Assembly (NCBI RefSeq): GCF_000011125.1
Contig: NC_000854.2
Span: forward strand, 360,001 to 392,000
From: Aeropyrum pernix K1
GTDB taxonomy: Archaea > Thermoproteota > Thermoprotei_A > Sulfolobales > Acidilobaceae
Length of the DNA stretch: 32,000 nucleotides
Direction: 5' to 3'
Each line of letters opens with the position of its first letter. Position 1 is the first letter of the stretch. The notes beneath the pieces are model-generated. The model was not told where the DNA came from, ran no database searches, and saw only the letters and a program-made list of their open reading frames with translations. The translations under genes and the position numbers were made by a program. Of the stretch, positions 16,793-26,001 are shown piece by piece.

Positions 16793-17773
16793 GTGTCTAG
16801 ACAGCCCCGCCCCCGCGACAGGAAGCCCCCCCACCAGGGGAGGCCGCAGCCCCACATCGCCGCCCTTGAGGTGGAGGCTATAGTTCTGGACTACATACCC
16901 GAGGGCTACCCGAGAGACCCCCACAGGGAGCACCGCAGTAAGCCCGTCGTTCAGGGTCTCGGGGTTAGGAGGCTGCACCTAGTCGACGGTGTCCCCCTCC
17001 ATGAGGTCGATATACTGGAGCGGGTCACCCTGGCTAGGGAGGTTGTGTATAGCGTCCCCATAGTGGCCCGGCTCCCCGGGGGGGTCGAGAGGAGGGTGAA
17101 AAGTGTTACCGTCGCGGTAACATGCCTCCCCGGCCAGGCGCGGGAGGGCGGGGTCAGGGAGATATACTGCTACCCCCTCTCCTACGCCGACCAGGCGACC
17201 CTGGAGGCGCTGCAGCAGCTCCTGGGTGAGGGGGACGAGAGGCACAGGTATATACTTGTGGACTCCCCCGACAAGCTCTCCGAGGTGGCCAGAGGTCACG
17301 GCCTCTCGGGGAAGATAGTGAGCACGCCCAGAGACCCTATATCCTACCAGGACCTCACCGACGTCGCCAGGGCTACGCTGCCGGACGCTGTGAGGAAGCT
17401 GGTCAGGGAGAGGGAGGACTTCTTCGTGGAGTTCTTCAACGTGGCCGAGCCGATAAACATAAGGATACACGCGCTGGAGGCCCTAAAGGGTGTGGGTAAG
17501 AAGATGGCTAGGCACCTCCTCCTCGAGAGGGAGAGGCGTAGGTTCACGAGTTTCGAGGAGGTGAAGAAGATTCTGAAGATAGACCCCGCAGAGGCCCTGG
17601 CCGAGAAGATAATGGAGGAGATAGAGTGTAGGGACACTGTGAAATACTACTTCTTCGTCGAGCCCTGCGACCCCTCCAAGCCCTACCTAGGCTACACGGA
17701 GAGGATGTGGAAGGCCTATGCCGCCAGGGTCAGGGCGAGGAGGGAGGCGGCGGGCGGAGAGTCTGGTTCGTGA
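16793..17773 (+). CDS. DUF655 family nucleic-acid-binding (HhH) protein
   Basis: 326 aa. AIVLDYIPEGYPRDPHREHRSKPVVQGLG, NIRIHALEALKGVGKKMARHLLLERERRRFTSFEEVKK (HhH). Neighbour order rpoF-DUF655-rsmA. Confidence 0.85.
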   Translation: MSRQPRPRDRKPPHQGRPQPHIAALEVEAIVLDYIPEGYPRDPHREHRSKPVVQGLGVRRLHLVDGVPLHEVDILERVTLAREVVYSVPIVARLPGGVERRVKSVTVAVTCLPGQAREGGVREIYCYPLSYADQATLEALQQLLGEGDERHRYILVDSPDKLSEVARGHGLSGKIVSTPRDPISYQDLTDVARATLPDAVRKLVREREDFFVEFFNVAEPINIRIHALEALKGVGKKMARHLLLERERRRFTSFEEVKKILKIDPAEALAEKIMEEIECRDTVKYYFFVEPCDPSKPYLGYTERMWKAYAARVRARREAAGGESGS

Positions 17774-18551
17774 GGTCCTGGGACTCGCCGGCCTCAGGCC
17801 CAGCGACAGGCTGGGCCAGCACTTCCTAATAGACGACAGGGCGGTCGGCGAGTTCCTCAAGCCCCTAGAGAAAGCGGCGGCTGAGGGCATACGCGAAGCC
17901 CTCGAGATAGGGCCCGGGGCGGGGTCGATAACCCTTCCCGCAGCCGAGGTCCTCGACAGGATAGTTGCAGTAGAGCTCGACAACAGGCTCGCATCAGCCC
18001 TCTCAAGACTGGCGCCAGCCAGGGTGGCCGTGATAACGGGAGACGGCGTGAGCCACGCCGCCGCCTCGCAGGCGCCGCTGGTATTCTCCAACACCCCCTT
18101 CAACCTATCCCCCGCTATAGTAGAGGCACTCGCGGTGAACAACAGGGTCGCGGCGGCGGTTCTCGGCGTCCAGTATGAGGTCGCGAGGAGGATGACAGCC
18201 AGGCCGGGCAGCAGGGACTACAGCAGGCTCTCGGTACTCGTCTCCCTCGTCTTCCACGCTGAGCTGGCGGGCGTCGTTAGGCCCCAGGCCTACTATCCCA
18301 GGCCCCAGGTCCTCACTGCAGTGGTAACCCTGAGGAGGAGGCGGAGGTGGAGGAGCCTATACGCGAGGGCACTGGAGCTGGCGGGCTGCGCGTTCACGCA
18401 GAGAAACAAGAAGGCCTCCAAGGTGCTGAGAAGATGCTTGGAGGCGGCGGGCTGCGCGCCGCCCCCCTGGCTGGATAGCCTAGGTGACGCTAGGGTATGG
18501 ATGCTGAGGCCGGAGGACTTCGTGGGGCTTGCGGAAGCCTGCAGAGGGTAA
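17718..18551 (+). CDS. rsmA: rRNA adenine dimethyltransferase RsmA/KsgA/Dim1
   Basis: RLGQHFLIDDRAV, ALEIGPGAGSITLPAAE, VFSNTPFNLSPAIVEAL. The true start may be downstream of 17718. Confidence 0.92.
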   Translation: MPPGSGRGGRRRAESLVREVLGLAGLRPSDRLGQHFLIDDRAVGEFLKPLEKAAAEGIREALEIGPGAGSITLPAAEVLDRIVAVELDNRLASALSRLAPARVAVITGDGVSHAAASQAPLVFSNTPFNLSPAIVEALAVNNRVAAAVLGVQYEVARRMTARPGSRDYSRLSVLVSLVFHAELAGVVRPQAYYPRPQVLTAVVTLRRRRRWRSLYARALELAGCAFTQRNKKASKVLRRCLEAAGCAPPPWLDSLGDARVWMLRPEDFVGLAEACRG

Positions 18552-18553
18552 AG

Positions 18554-19144
18554 GTGTCTTGGAGCCGCGGCTCCATCGCAGTGTATGTAAACAGCTGCAC
18601 ATACCCGCCCTCCGACGACACAATCCTGCTGCTCGAGGCTATGGAGGCTCTCAGGAGGGAGGGAAGGGTTTACGGGAGCGCCCTAGACCTTGGCACCGGC
18701 AACGGCGCCCTAGCCCTAGGGGCGGTTGAGGTACTCGGTGTACGTAGGGTTGCGGCGGTGGACGCCTACCCCTGCCCAGCTCTCGCCGCTAGAGCAACGC
18801 TACCCCCCCAAGCCCTGGTGGCCGTCTGCCCCTACGCCTCCTGTTTGAAGGGAGGCTTCGACATAGCCCTCGTCAACCCCCCATACCTGCCTGAGAAGCC
18901 TCCCCCGCCCGGGGGGCAGGGCTGCAGCCCCACCCTCTCAGAGGCCTGGGCTGGCGAGGGCGTCATGAGGGGGATGCTAGAGGCTGCGGGGAGGCTGGCG
19001 GGGGAGGTCCTGACGGTCTACTCCAGCCTTTCCAGCGTCACCCCCCAGGAGGTCCTGGGGGCTATGGGCTTCTCCACCAGGATCCTGGCCTCGGAGAGGT
19101 TTTTCATGGAGAGGCTGGAGGTGGTCCATGCTTGGAGAAGTTGA
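18554..19144 (+). CDS. HemK/PrmC-like (Mtq2-type) protein-glutamine or small-molecule N-methyltransferase
   Basis: YPPSDDTILLLEAME, ALDLGTGNGALALGAVE, DIALVNPPYLPEKPP (NPPY motif). GTG at 18554 immediately follows the rsmA stop and is preferred over the track start 18497. Confidence 0.85.
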   Translation: MSWSRGSIAVYVNSCTYPPSDDTILLLEAMEALRREGRVYGSALDLGTGNGALALGAVEVLGVRRVAAVDAYPCPALAARATLPPQALVAVCPYASCLKGGFDIALVNPPYLPEKPPPPGGQGCSPTLSEAWAGEGVMRGMLEAAGRLAGEVLTVYSSLSSVTPQEVLGAMGFSTRILASERFFMERLEVVHAWRS

Positions 19145-19863
19145 GGATCGTTCTTGTGGAGACTGAGGGGGCCGTGAACCTGGGGTTCGTGGCGAGGCTT
19201 GCGGAGAATTTCGAGGCAGACGAGATCTACCTAGTCTCACCTAGGGCTAGCCTGGAGGAGGCGAAGAGGTACGCCGCCAGGGCGGCCTGGAGGCTTGACG
19301 CTGCCAGAGTGGTGAGCAACCTGGAGGAGGCCCTCAGAGGAGTGTCGGCAAGTCTCTGCACCAGCTCTCATATGAGCGATAGGGACGCCCTCAGAGCCCC
19401 ACTAGCCCCCTGGGAGGCGGCCGAGGTCCTCGCGGCCACCCCGGGTACGGTTGCCATAGTTTTCGGGAGGGAGAGCGTGGGGCTAACCAGGGGTGAGATA
19501 GCGTTGTGCAGCCTCTACTCCTCCATACCCGCCAGCCCCAGATACCCCTCACTCAACCTCTCGAACGCCGCAGCGATATACCTGTACGAGGTCTACAAGG
19601 CGAGGAGGGGCGGGGCTGTGGCGAGAGGGGGGGTTGACGAGGAGCTTATCAAGCTGTTGAGGGCCTACGCCGCCGCCCTGGCCTCCAGGCTAGTGCATAG
19701 GGAGAGGGCGGAGGAGGTGGCGGTCTCCCTAGTCAGGATCGCTTCAAAGAGTGTAATGGCTAGGAGGGAGGTTGAAAACCTGATATACCTCCTCTCCAAG
19801 GCGTGTAGGGCTGTGGAGGGGTGTATGGATGAGGTTCCTCGCCACCTGCAACCCAGGGACTGA
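19132..19863 (+). CDS. SPOUT-family tRNA 2'-O-methyltransferase, TrmJ-like
   Basis: 243 aa. RIVLVETEGAVNLGFVARLAENFEADEIYLVSP, VAIVFGRESVGLTRGEIALCS, SLNLSNAAAIYLYEV. Confidence 0.88.
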   Translation: MEKLRIVLVETEGAVNLGFVARLAENFEADEIYLVSPRASLEEAKRYAARAAWRLDAARVVSNLEEALRGVSASLCTSSHMSDRDALRAPLAPWEAAEVLAATPGTVAIVFGRESVGLTRGEIALCSLYSSIPASPRYPSLNLSNAAAIYLYEVYKARRGGAVARGGVDEELIKLLRAYAAALASRLVHRERAEEVAVSLVRIASKSVMARREVENLIYLLSKACRAVEGCMDEVPRHLQPRD

Positions 19864-20893
19864 GGACGTTGTGGCCAGGGAGATCGTGGAGGAGGTTGAC
19901 TCGGCCAAGGTGGAGGAGGTTGGGGAGTACAGGGGTAGGATAGTCTTCAGGTCCTCCGGCGAGCCCTGGCTGGTTGCCGAGCAGATATACGGGCTCAGGA
20001 GCATCCACTCCGCCTCCCTCCTCCTGGCCGAGGCGGAGGTCAGCCCGGGGCGGGAAGGGCTAGAGGAGGTATGGAGGGCCGCGTACAAGAGCGGAGCCCA
20101 CCTCCACATACCCTACGGAGCCACTTTCGCCGTGAGGGGGGAGAGGATAGGGGAGGGCCACTCATACACCAGCGTGGAGATAGCGTCCACAGTCGGGGAC
20201 GCCGTCCAGAGGGCGGCGGAGGAGTCGCTGGGCTGGAGGCCCATGGTGAGGCTCAACAGCCCCCAGGTGGTGCTTCACGCCGAGGTGGACATCTTCACTT
20301 TCCGGCTTGGAGTACTCCTGACTGGTGAGAGGAGCAGGCACAGGAGGAGGTATAGGGTCTACGATCACCCGGCCGCCCTGAAGGCCAGCCTCGCCTACGT
20401 GATGCTCAGGCTGGCTGGGGCGAGGGACGGCGACACTATACTAGACCCCATGTGCGGGGGAGGGACGGTGGCCGTGGAGGCCGCCCTCCTATTCGAGACG
20501 TCGAGAGTGTACTGCGTAGACCTGAACCCCCGCCACACGAGGGGGGCACGGCTCAACGCGGAGTCGGCGAGGGTCGGGGGGAGGGTGGAGGTCTACACCT
20601 GGGACGCCCGCATGCTACACGAGCTTCTGGGAGAGGACAGCGTGGACAGGATCGTGAGCAACCCCCCCTATGGTATAAGGCTGGGGGACCCGGTGGATGT
20701 TAGGATACTCTACAGGGAGTTCATGCCCTCGGCAGCCAGGGTCCTGAGGAGCGGCGGTAGGGCGGCTATAATAACGGCGGAGACTAAGGCGCTGGTGGCT
20801 GCCGCCAGGTCCTCAGGCTTGAGGATGGCTGGGGCGAGGAGGGTCAGGCACGGGGATCTGTGGGTAGATATAGTGGTGTTGGAGAAGCCTTAA
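19829..20893 (+). CDS. THUMP-domain tRNA guanine-N2 methyltransferase (Trm14/TrmN or TrmG10 group)
   Basis: 354 aa. ATCNPGTEDVVAREI N-terminus, DTILDPMCGGGTVAVEAAL, RIVSNPPYGIRLGDP. The NPPYG motif favours Trm14/TrmN over the DPPYG-type TrmG10. Confidence 0.82.
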   Translation: MRFLATCNPGTEDVVAREIVEEVDSAKVEEVGEYRGRIVFRSSGEPWLVAEQIYGLRSIHSASLLLAEAEVSPGREGLEEVWRAAYKSGAHLHIPYGATFAVRGERIGEGHSYTSVEIASTVGDAVQRAAEESLGWRPMVRLNSPQVVLHAEVDIFTFRLGVLLTGERSRHRRRYRVYDHPAALKASLAYVMLRLAGARDGDTILDPMCGGGTVAVEAALLFETSRVYCVDLNPRHTRGARLNAESARVGGRVEVYTWDARMLHELLGEDSVDRIVSNPPYGIRLGDPVDVRILYREFMPSAARVLRSGGRAAIITAETKALVAAARSSGLRMAGARRVRHGDLWVDIVVLEKP

Positions 20894-20993
20894 GGAACAC
20901 CCGCAGCCTCCCCAGAGAGTGTTTCGGCGAACGTGAACGTAGAATCCGGGGAGGGCGTGGATTCTGAGTATAGAAATCTAAAACGCCTGCGGT

Positions 20994-22289
20994 TCAGCCC
21001 GGCCACCCAGGGTGGGGGTACACGGGGGTTGCGTACGCCTGGCCCACGGGCCAGACGGTGAATCTCCTCCCGTTTATCCACTGGCCCACGAGGACCTCCC
21101 TCTCATTCTGGAGCCCCGTCTCGGGGTTTAGGTCGAAGGGGCCTGCGAACGTCATTATCTTTATGTTCTTCAGGGACTCGTAGATGGCGTCTGGATCGAG
21201 GCTGCCGGCTTCCTCTGCAGCCTTAGCCACTGCAAGCACTGCCAGCGCTGCCATAGCGGCGTGGTAGCCCGGCTCCGATACGGGGTGTCCTAGGCTCTCT
21301 ATCGCCTCCCTGAAGAGGCTGTAGAACTCCTCCCTGCTCGGGCCGAACCACTCGTAGCCTTCTGCTGTGGTGTAGGGTTTCGAGGCGAGCTCCCAGAGCG
21401 TGGGGTAGAGTATGGCTTGGGATAGGGCGCCCAGCTCGCTGTAGAACTCGGGTACCGAGGGGGCTACAGCCATTGCTATGAACTTCGCCTCAACGCCATA
21501 GCTGCTCATAGCCCTGACAAGCTCTACTCCATCCCTGAACCCGCCTATGGCTATTATGACGTCTGGGTTCGAAGCCTGCAGCCTGAGGGCGAGGGTGCCT
21601 AGTTCCTCCTCACCAGCCTGGGGCGGGTATGCCGAGTAGAGCACTACCACAAAACCCTGCTCCACTGCCCTGTTTCTCGTGGCCTCGGCCACTGCGGCAG
21701 CGAACCCGGTGTCCTGGTAAACTATAGCCAGGTTTCTCGACTGGATGTCGAGTATGCTCACCATCTCCAGGACGGGGGTGAAGTATTCCTCCGCGGGAGC
21801 CCCCACCAGCAGGGTCTTACCCCCAGGGTCCGCCACGCTGGCTGGAGCGTCGCCATAGACTATGGAGACCACCCCGTACCCCCGGGCGGCCTCCACAGCA
21901 TCGACCAGGACGCCCGGATCGCATGGTGCAAGCATGACTCCCACGCCCCTCTGCCTCGCCATGTACTCGATCAGCCTTACAGCGTTGGCCGGGTCACCCT
22001 TGTCGTCCTCCTGGAGCAGTCTCACAGGGACTTTTGAGCCTCCTATATTGACGCCGCCATTGCTGTTCACCCACTCCACAGCAGCCATGGCTCCCGCCAG
22101 AGCCTGCCTGCAAGCCTCCACAGAAGTTCCGCTGGATAGCGAGAAGACACCCCCTATAACAAGCTCCTCAGGCTCCCCGCCTCCCAGTCCCGCTATTAGG
22201 AGGGCGGCTGCCCCTAGTACAAGCAGCGCCGCCGCGCTGGCCACGAGGGCTAGAGTCCTCGAGACCGGTAGCCTAGCCGGGGCTGACAA
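20994..22289 (-). CDS. Branched-chain amino acid-type ABC transporter substrate-binding protein (LivK-like), membrane-anchored
   Basis: 431 aa. N-terminal TM then LVIGGVFSLSSGTSVEACRQALAGAMAAVEWVNSNGGVNIGGSKVPVRLLQEDDKGDPANAVRLIEYMA. Confidence 0.88.
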   Translation of the reverse strand: MSAPARLPVSRTLALVASAAALLVLGAAALLIAGLGGGEPEELVIGGVFSLSSGTSVEACRQALAGAMAAVEWVNSNGGVNIGGSKVPVRLLQEDDKGDPANAVRLIEYMARQRGVGVMLAPCDPGVLVDAVEAARGYGVVSIVYGDAPASVADPGGKTLLVGAPAEEYFTPVLEMVSILDIQSRNLAIVYQDTGFAAAVAEATRNRAVEQGFVVVLYSAYPPQAGEEELGTLALRLQASNPDVIIAIGGFRDGVELVRAMSSYGVEAKFIAMAVAPSVPEFYSELGALSQAILYPTLWELASKPYTTAEGYEWFGPSREEFYSLFREAIESLGHPVSEPGYHAAMAALAVLAVAKAAEEAGSLDPDAIYESLKNIKIMTFAGPFDLNPETGLQNEREVLVGQWINGRRFTVWPVGQAYATPVYPHPGWPG

Positions 22290-22373
22290 GCTGTTGCACC
22301 CTTAAAAATATGGTTAGCCTCCAGATTAAAGGGTTGGTGACAAGGTCTGGGCAGGATAGAGTGCCTCCTCTCC

Positions 22374-23825
22374 ATGCTCGAGAGGGTGAAACCCGGGGTC
22401 GGGCCCGAGTGGGGCGGAGGGGGTATATACTCCCTCAGGCTCCACAGGGGGAGCCTCTTCTACACCCTGGCTTTCGAGGCCCGCTCCACACTACTCAGGG
22501 GAGACTGCAGCTGGTCCTCGTACGACTACAGCCTCGTGGGTCCACCCCCTAGGAGCGGCGGTGACACTTACAACGCTGTGGAGGCTGTGGACGGCAAGAT
22601 CTACTTCGGCGGCTGGGCCCACGCCCCCGCCGTGCTGGAGAGGAAGGGGAAGGGGAGGCTCGCCGAGGTCGTCTTCACAAACAAGTACAGCATACTCCAC
22701 GAGATGGACGTCGACACGGGGGAGGTGAGGCTCCTCTGGAAGGAGGGCGCGAGGGATAGGAGGCTCTGGGCCTGCGAGGTCTCCGAGGTCCTCTACAACC
22801 CCCTTCGCGACACCCTCCTCCTGGCGCGGGGGGACGGCCATATAAACTGCGGGATATTCGAGGCCGGGAGGAGGGGGGGTGTGAGGAAGCTGTCCTCCAC
22901 ACCTGTCTTGAAGGGTGAGGTCTTTATGGACATGGCGTGCTTCTCAATACACCACGGCTGGGGCGGCAACCCCGGGCTGGAGTGCGTCGACCTCGAGAGC
23001 GGGGAGACCGTCTACACCGGGGAGGCGGTTCCTGAGGAGGCGGGGCTGGACGGAGGGGGTCTAGACCACTATAGGGAGGGCGCGGTGTTCCAGCTCCACA
23101 CCAGGGTTTACGTGGCACACAAGGGGGGCTTCACCGTGTTCGACCCTGAGGGCGGCGGGGAGCCGAGGTTCTACAGGGTTCTAGACTTCGGGGACAACCC
23201 CTACAGCCCCACAAGGACTAACGCCCTCTACCTGGGCGGGGGCGTTCTCATACCGTTCAACACCCCCACCGCGGCAACCGTTAGAGGCACCGACGAGCTG
23301 CCCAACAATGTGCAGAGGTCCTCCAGGCGCTCTCCAGCACCCACACTACTGGTCTACGTGACGCCCACTGACATGAGGATAGTGGGGAGCCTGGGGGCGA
23401 GGGTTACCTCCATGGAGGCTCTAGGCGACAAGGTGCTCCTCGCCTGGTCCACCCAGCCTAACTTCGAGAGGTACGACGCCACGGCGACGGATGCCTCGGT
23501 GCGCGGGGTCGCCGTGGTGAGCCAAGACTCGCTACTCGCTGGAAGGCCGCCGCCGCTCAGCATAAGGGTTGACCCGGGCTGGGTGGGTGATAGGCGTTTC
23601 GGGGGCCTGCCGCTCTACGGCTACAGGGAGCTCCAGGTAGACCCCCGGGGCGGTAGGGTTGTCCTCGAGGCCTACGAGATATCGGACGAGGCCCCTGTTA
23701 AGTACGGGCGCGAGGTTGTCGAGGGCGGGGAGTGGATAGACGTCTCAAGCCTAACAGACAGCCTGGTGGTGATGAGGATTGAGAAGCCGCCCCGCGAGGG
23801 AATGGTTAGGGTGAGGGCCCTCTAG
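22374..23825 (+). CDS. Uncharacterised archaeal protein, DUF2139-like, probable beta-propeller
   Basis: 483 aa. NAVEAVDGKIYFGGWAHAPA, YSILHEMDVDTGEVRLLWKEGARDRRLWACEVSEVLYNPL, FSIHHGWGGNPGLECVDLESGE. Family assignment is from recall. Confidence 0.6.
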   Translation: MLERVKPGVGPEWGGGGIYSLRLHRGSLFYTLAFEARSTLLRGDCSWSSYDYSLVGPPPRSGGDTYNAVEAVDGKIYFGGWAHAPAVLERKGKGRLAEVVFTNKYSILHEMDVDTGEVRLLWKEGARDRRLWACEVSEVLYNPLRDTLLLARGDGHINCGIFEAGRRGGVRKLSSTPVLKGEVFMDMACFSIHHGWGGNPGLECVDLESGETVYTGEAVPEEAGLDGGGLDHYREGAVFQLHTRVYVAHKGGFTVFDPEGGGEPRFYRVLDFGDNPYSPTRTNALYLGGGVLIPFNTPTAATVRGTDELPNNVQRSSRRSPAPTLLVYVTPTDMRIVGSLGARVTSMEALGDKVLLAWSTQPNFERYDATATDASVRGVAVVSQDSLLAGRPPPLSIRVDPGWVGDRRFGGLPLYGYRELQVDPRGGRVVLEAYEISDEAPVKYGREVVEGGEWIDVSSLTDSLVVMRIEKPPREGMVRVRAL

Positions 23826-24640
23826 CACTCCTCCAGCAGCCTGTACAGCAGATTGTAACTCGACCTCCCCCGCCCCCTAGGCCCGGCCCCCCGGGCCACC
23901 TCCATAAGGGCTGACGCGAGGCTGGCCGCCGCCTCCCTGGTGCTGGGGTTTGAGAGTATCTCGCCCCTCAAGTCGGGGCTGTCTGAGAGGACGGACTGGG
24001 CTAACATGCCCAGGACCCTGTAGGTGGTTGAGGGCAGGGGGGAGTCGAGGTCGAGACCCCCGCTCTCGAGGGCGGCGTACAGCGCCTCGGCCAGGGCGTA
24101 GACAAGGCCTATGGAGTAGCCCGCGAGCCTGTCGTGCTCCTCCCAGCTTCTAAGCCTTATTGTGTTGAAGCCCATCTCCCTGTAGAGCCTCTCAGCCTCC
24201 ACCACCCCCTCCCTTCCCGGGAAGGGCATGACGGCGACGTAGTGCTTCTCGGGCCGCGACGCCCTGCCCCCGAAGAGAGGGTGGGTCAGCGCTGCGAGCA
24301 CCCTAGGCGGCATGCCCCTAGCTGCTGCCACCACGCCCCTCTTGAAGGTGGCGGTGTCTACCACCAGTGTCCCGGACCGCGAGGACCTCGCAGCCTCCAC
24401 CATCACACCCCCAGCGGCGGGGCCCGGCACCGCCACGACTATGGCCTCGCTCTCAGCCGCCAGCCCCTGGAGGCTGCTGAAGCTCAGCCCCCCGTACTGG
24501 GATGCCGCCTCTCCGGCCCTCTCCCTGTCTATGTCGTAGAAGCAGACAGGCCATCCCCGGGCCGACGCAGCCCTGGCCAGGGCTCTGGCCACGCTCCCGG
24601 CCCCCACGAACCCTACCCTACACTCCACCCCTGAAACCAC
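23822..24640 (-). CDS. tyrA: Prephenate dehydrogenase
   Basis: 272 aa. VGFVGAGSVARALARAASARGWPVCFYDID, VVVAVPG, ALTHPLFG. Sits next to chorismate mutase. Confidence 0.85.
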   Translation of the reverse strand: MVSGVECRVGFVGAGSVARALARAASARGWPVCFYDIDRERAGEAASQYGGLSFSSLQGLAAESEAIVVAVPGPAAGGVMVEAARSSRSGTLVVDTATFKRGVVAAARGMPPRVLAALTHPLFGGRASRPEKHYVAVMPFPGREGVVEAERLYREMGFNTIRLRSWEEHDRLAGYSIGLVYALAEALYAALESGGLDLDSPLPSTTYRVLGMLAQSVLSDSPDLRGEILSNPSTREAAASLASALMEVARGAGPRGRGRSSYNLLYRLLEEC

Positions 24641-24905
24641 CTCTAGCCTGCTCCCTGAGGCACTCCTCTATGACTAGCCTGTAGAGGGGCCTCCACCTGC
24701 TGGGCACCCTCCCCAGGACCTCGGCCTCCCTATCCTCGTCTCTCAACCCCCGGCCCAGCCTCCTCTTCTCCTCGCCCACCCTCCTACACAGCTCTAGCCT
24801 CTCCTCCAGCAGCGCAACTATCTTGGCGTCGAGCTCGTCTATCAGCCTCCTAGCCTCTTCAATCCCCACCAGCCTCACCCCTGGTCCACGGCCTGAGGTC
24901 CTCAA
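24618..24905 (-). CDS. Chorismate mutase (AroQ-type)
   Basis: 95 aa. ARRLIDELDAKIVALLEERLELCRRVGEEKRRLGRGLRDEDREAEVLGRV. Confidence 0.88.
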   Translation of the reverse strand: MRTSGRGPGVRLVGIEEARRLIDELDAKIVALLEERLELCRRVGEEKRRLGRGLRDEDREAEVLGRVPSRWRPLYRLVIEECLREQARGGFRGGV

Positions 24906-26001
24906 CCCACTCCGGCAGGAGAGCCTCCCTAAGTAGGAGGAGGTCTGCCAGGACTATGGCGGTGACCGCCTCCACGACGGGCGCCGCCCTAGGCCCTATG
25001 ACCGGGTCGTGCCTCCCCTTGCCAGAGACCCACGCCTCGCCGAGGCTCCTCAGGTCCACAGTCCTCCTGGGCTTCGGTATGCTCGAGGGGGGTTTGAAGG
25101 CGACCCTGAACACTATGGGCATGCCGTTGGTCAGCCCCCCAACTATGCCGCCGCTCCTGTTAGTCTCGTGCACTATCCTCCCCCCCACGGCGCGGGGGCT
25201 GTCGTGGGCCTCGCTCCCCCTCATGAAGGCGAGGGCGAAGCCCTCCCCGAACTCGACAGCCTTGGCCGCGGGTATCGCCATAACAGCCCTTGCCAGGAGG
25301 GCGTCGACCCCTCCCAGCGGCGGGTCCCCGAGGCCCGGGGGTACGTTGAAGGCCACGGCCTCCACCACGCTCCCCAGGCTGTCCCCCTCCCTCCGGGCCT
25401 CCTCCACGAGCCTTCTCATCCTCTCCGAGGCCTCCGGGTCAGGGCACTTCAGGGGGTCCCTGTCTATGGCCCTCCTGAACTCCTCGCTATCCCTCGGCTC
25501 CACCCTGGCCTCCACGCCGCCTATAGACTTGACGTAGGCGTAGACCCTGACCCCGTACCTGGCCAGCACAAGCTTGGCAATAGCCCCTGCGGCCACAAGG
25601 GCGGCGGTCCTCCTCCCGCTGAATATGCCGCCGCCGCGGTAGTCCTGGTGGCCTAGGTAGCGCTCGTAGGCCACGTAGTCTGCGTGGCCGGGCCTCGGCT
25701 TGTACCTGAACTCCTCGTAGAACCCGGGCTTGACGTCGACGTTCCTTATGAAGAGGAGTATGGGGGCCCCTGTGGTCCTGCCCCTGAAGACTCCGCTCAG
25801 TATCTCCACCCTGTCCGCCTCCCTCCTCGGGCTGGCGTAGGGGCCCCCGGGCCTCCTCCTCTCAAGCTCCCTGTTGATGTAGGCCTCGTCAACCTCCAGC
25901 CCCGGAGGGACGCCGGTGACCAGGGCCCCCACCCCGGGGCCATGGCTCTCGCCGAATATGGATACCCTGAACACCTCGCCCAGGCTATCCCTAGACGCCA
26001 C
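24859..26001 (-). CDS. aroC: Chorismate synthase
   Basis: 380 aa. GEVFRVSIFGESHGPGVGALVTGVPPG, PGHADYVAYERYLGHQDYRGGGIFSGRRTAA, GGIVGGLTNGMPIVFRVAFKP. Confidence 0.97.
   Translation of the reverse strand: MASRDSLGEVFRVSIFGESHGPGVGALVTGVPPGLEVDEAYINRELERRRPGGPYASPRREADRVEILSGVFRGRTTGAPILLFIRNVDVKPGFYEEFRYKPRPGHADYVAYERYLGHQDYRGGGIFSGRRTAALVAAGAIAKLVLARYGVRVYAYVKSIGGVEARVEPRDSEEFRRAIDRDPLKCPDPEASERMRRLVEEARREGDSLGSVVEAVAFNVPPGLGDPPLGGVDALLARAVMAIPAAKAVEFGEGFALAFMRGSEAHDSPRAVGGRIVHETNRSGGIVGGLTNGMPIVFRVAFKPPSSIPKPRRTVDLRSLGEAWVSGKGRHDPVIGPRAAPVVEAVTAIVLADLLLLREALLPEWVEDLRPWTRGEAGGD

Noticed and set aside
17718-18142. Minus-strand ORF 17687..18142 (151 aa) across rsmA
   Set aside because: Shadow ORF. 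The opposite strand has clear RsmA motifs.
18497-18553. N-terminal extension of the PrmC-like methyltransferase
   Set aside because: It overlaps the rsmA C-terminal coding region. A GTG at 18554 directly after the rsmA stop gives a family-like N-terminus.
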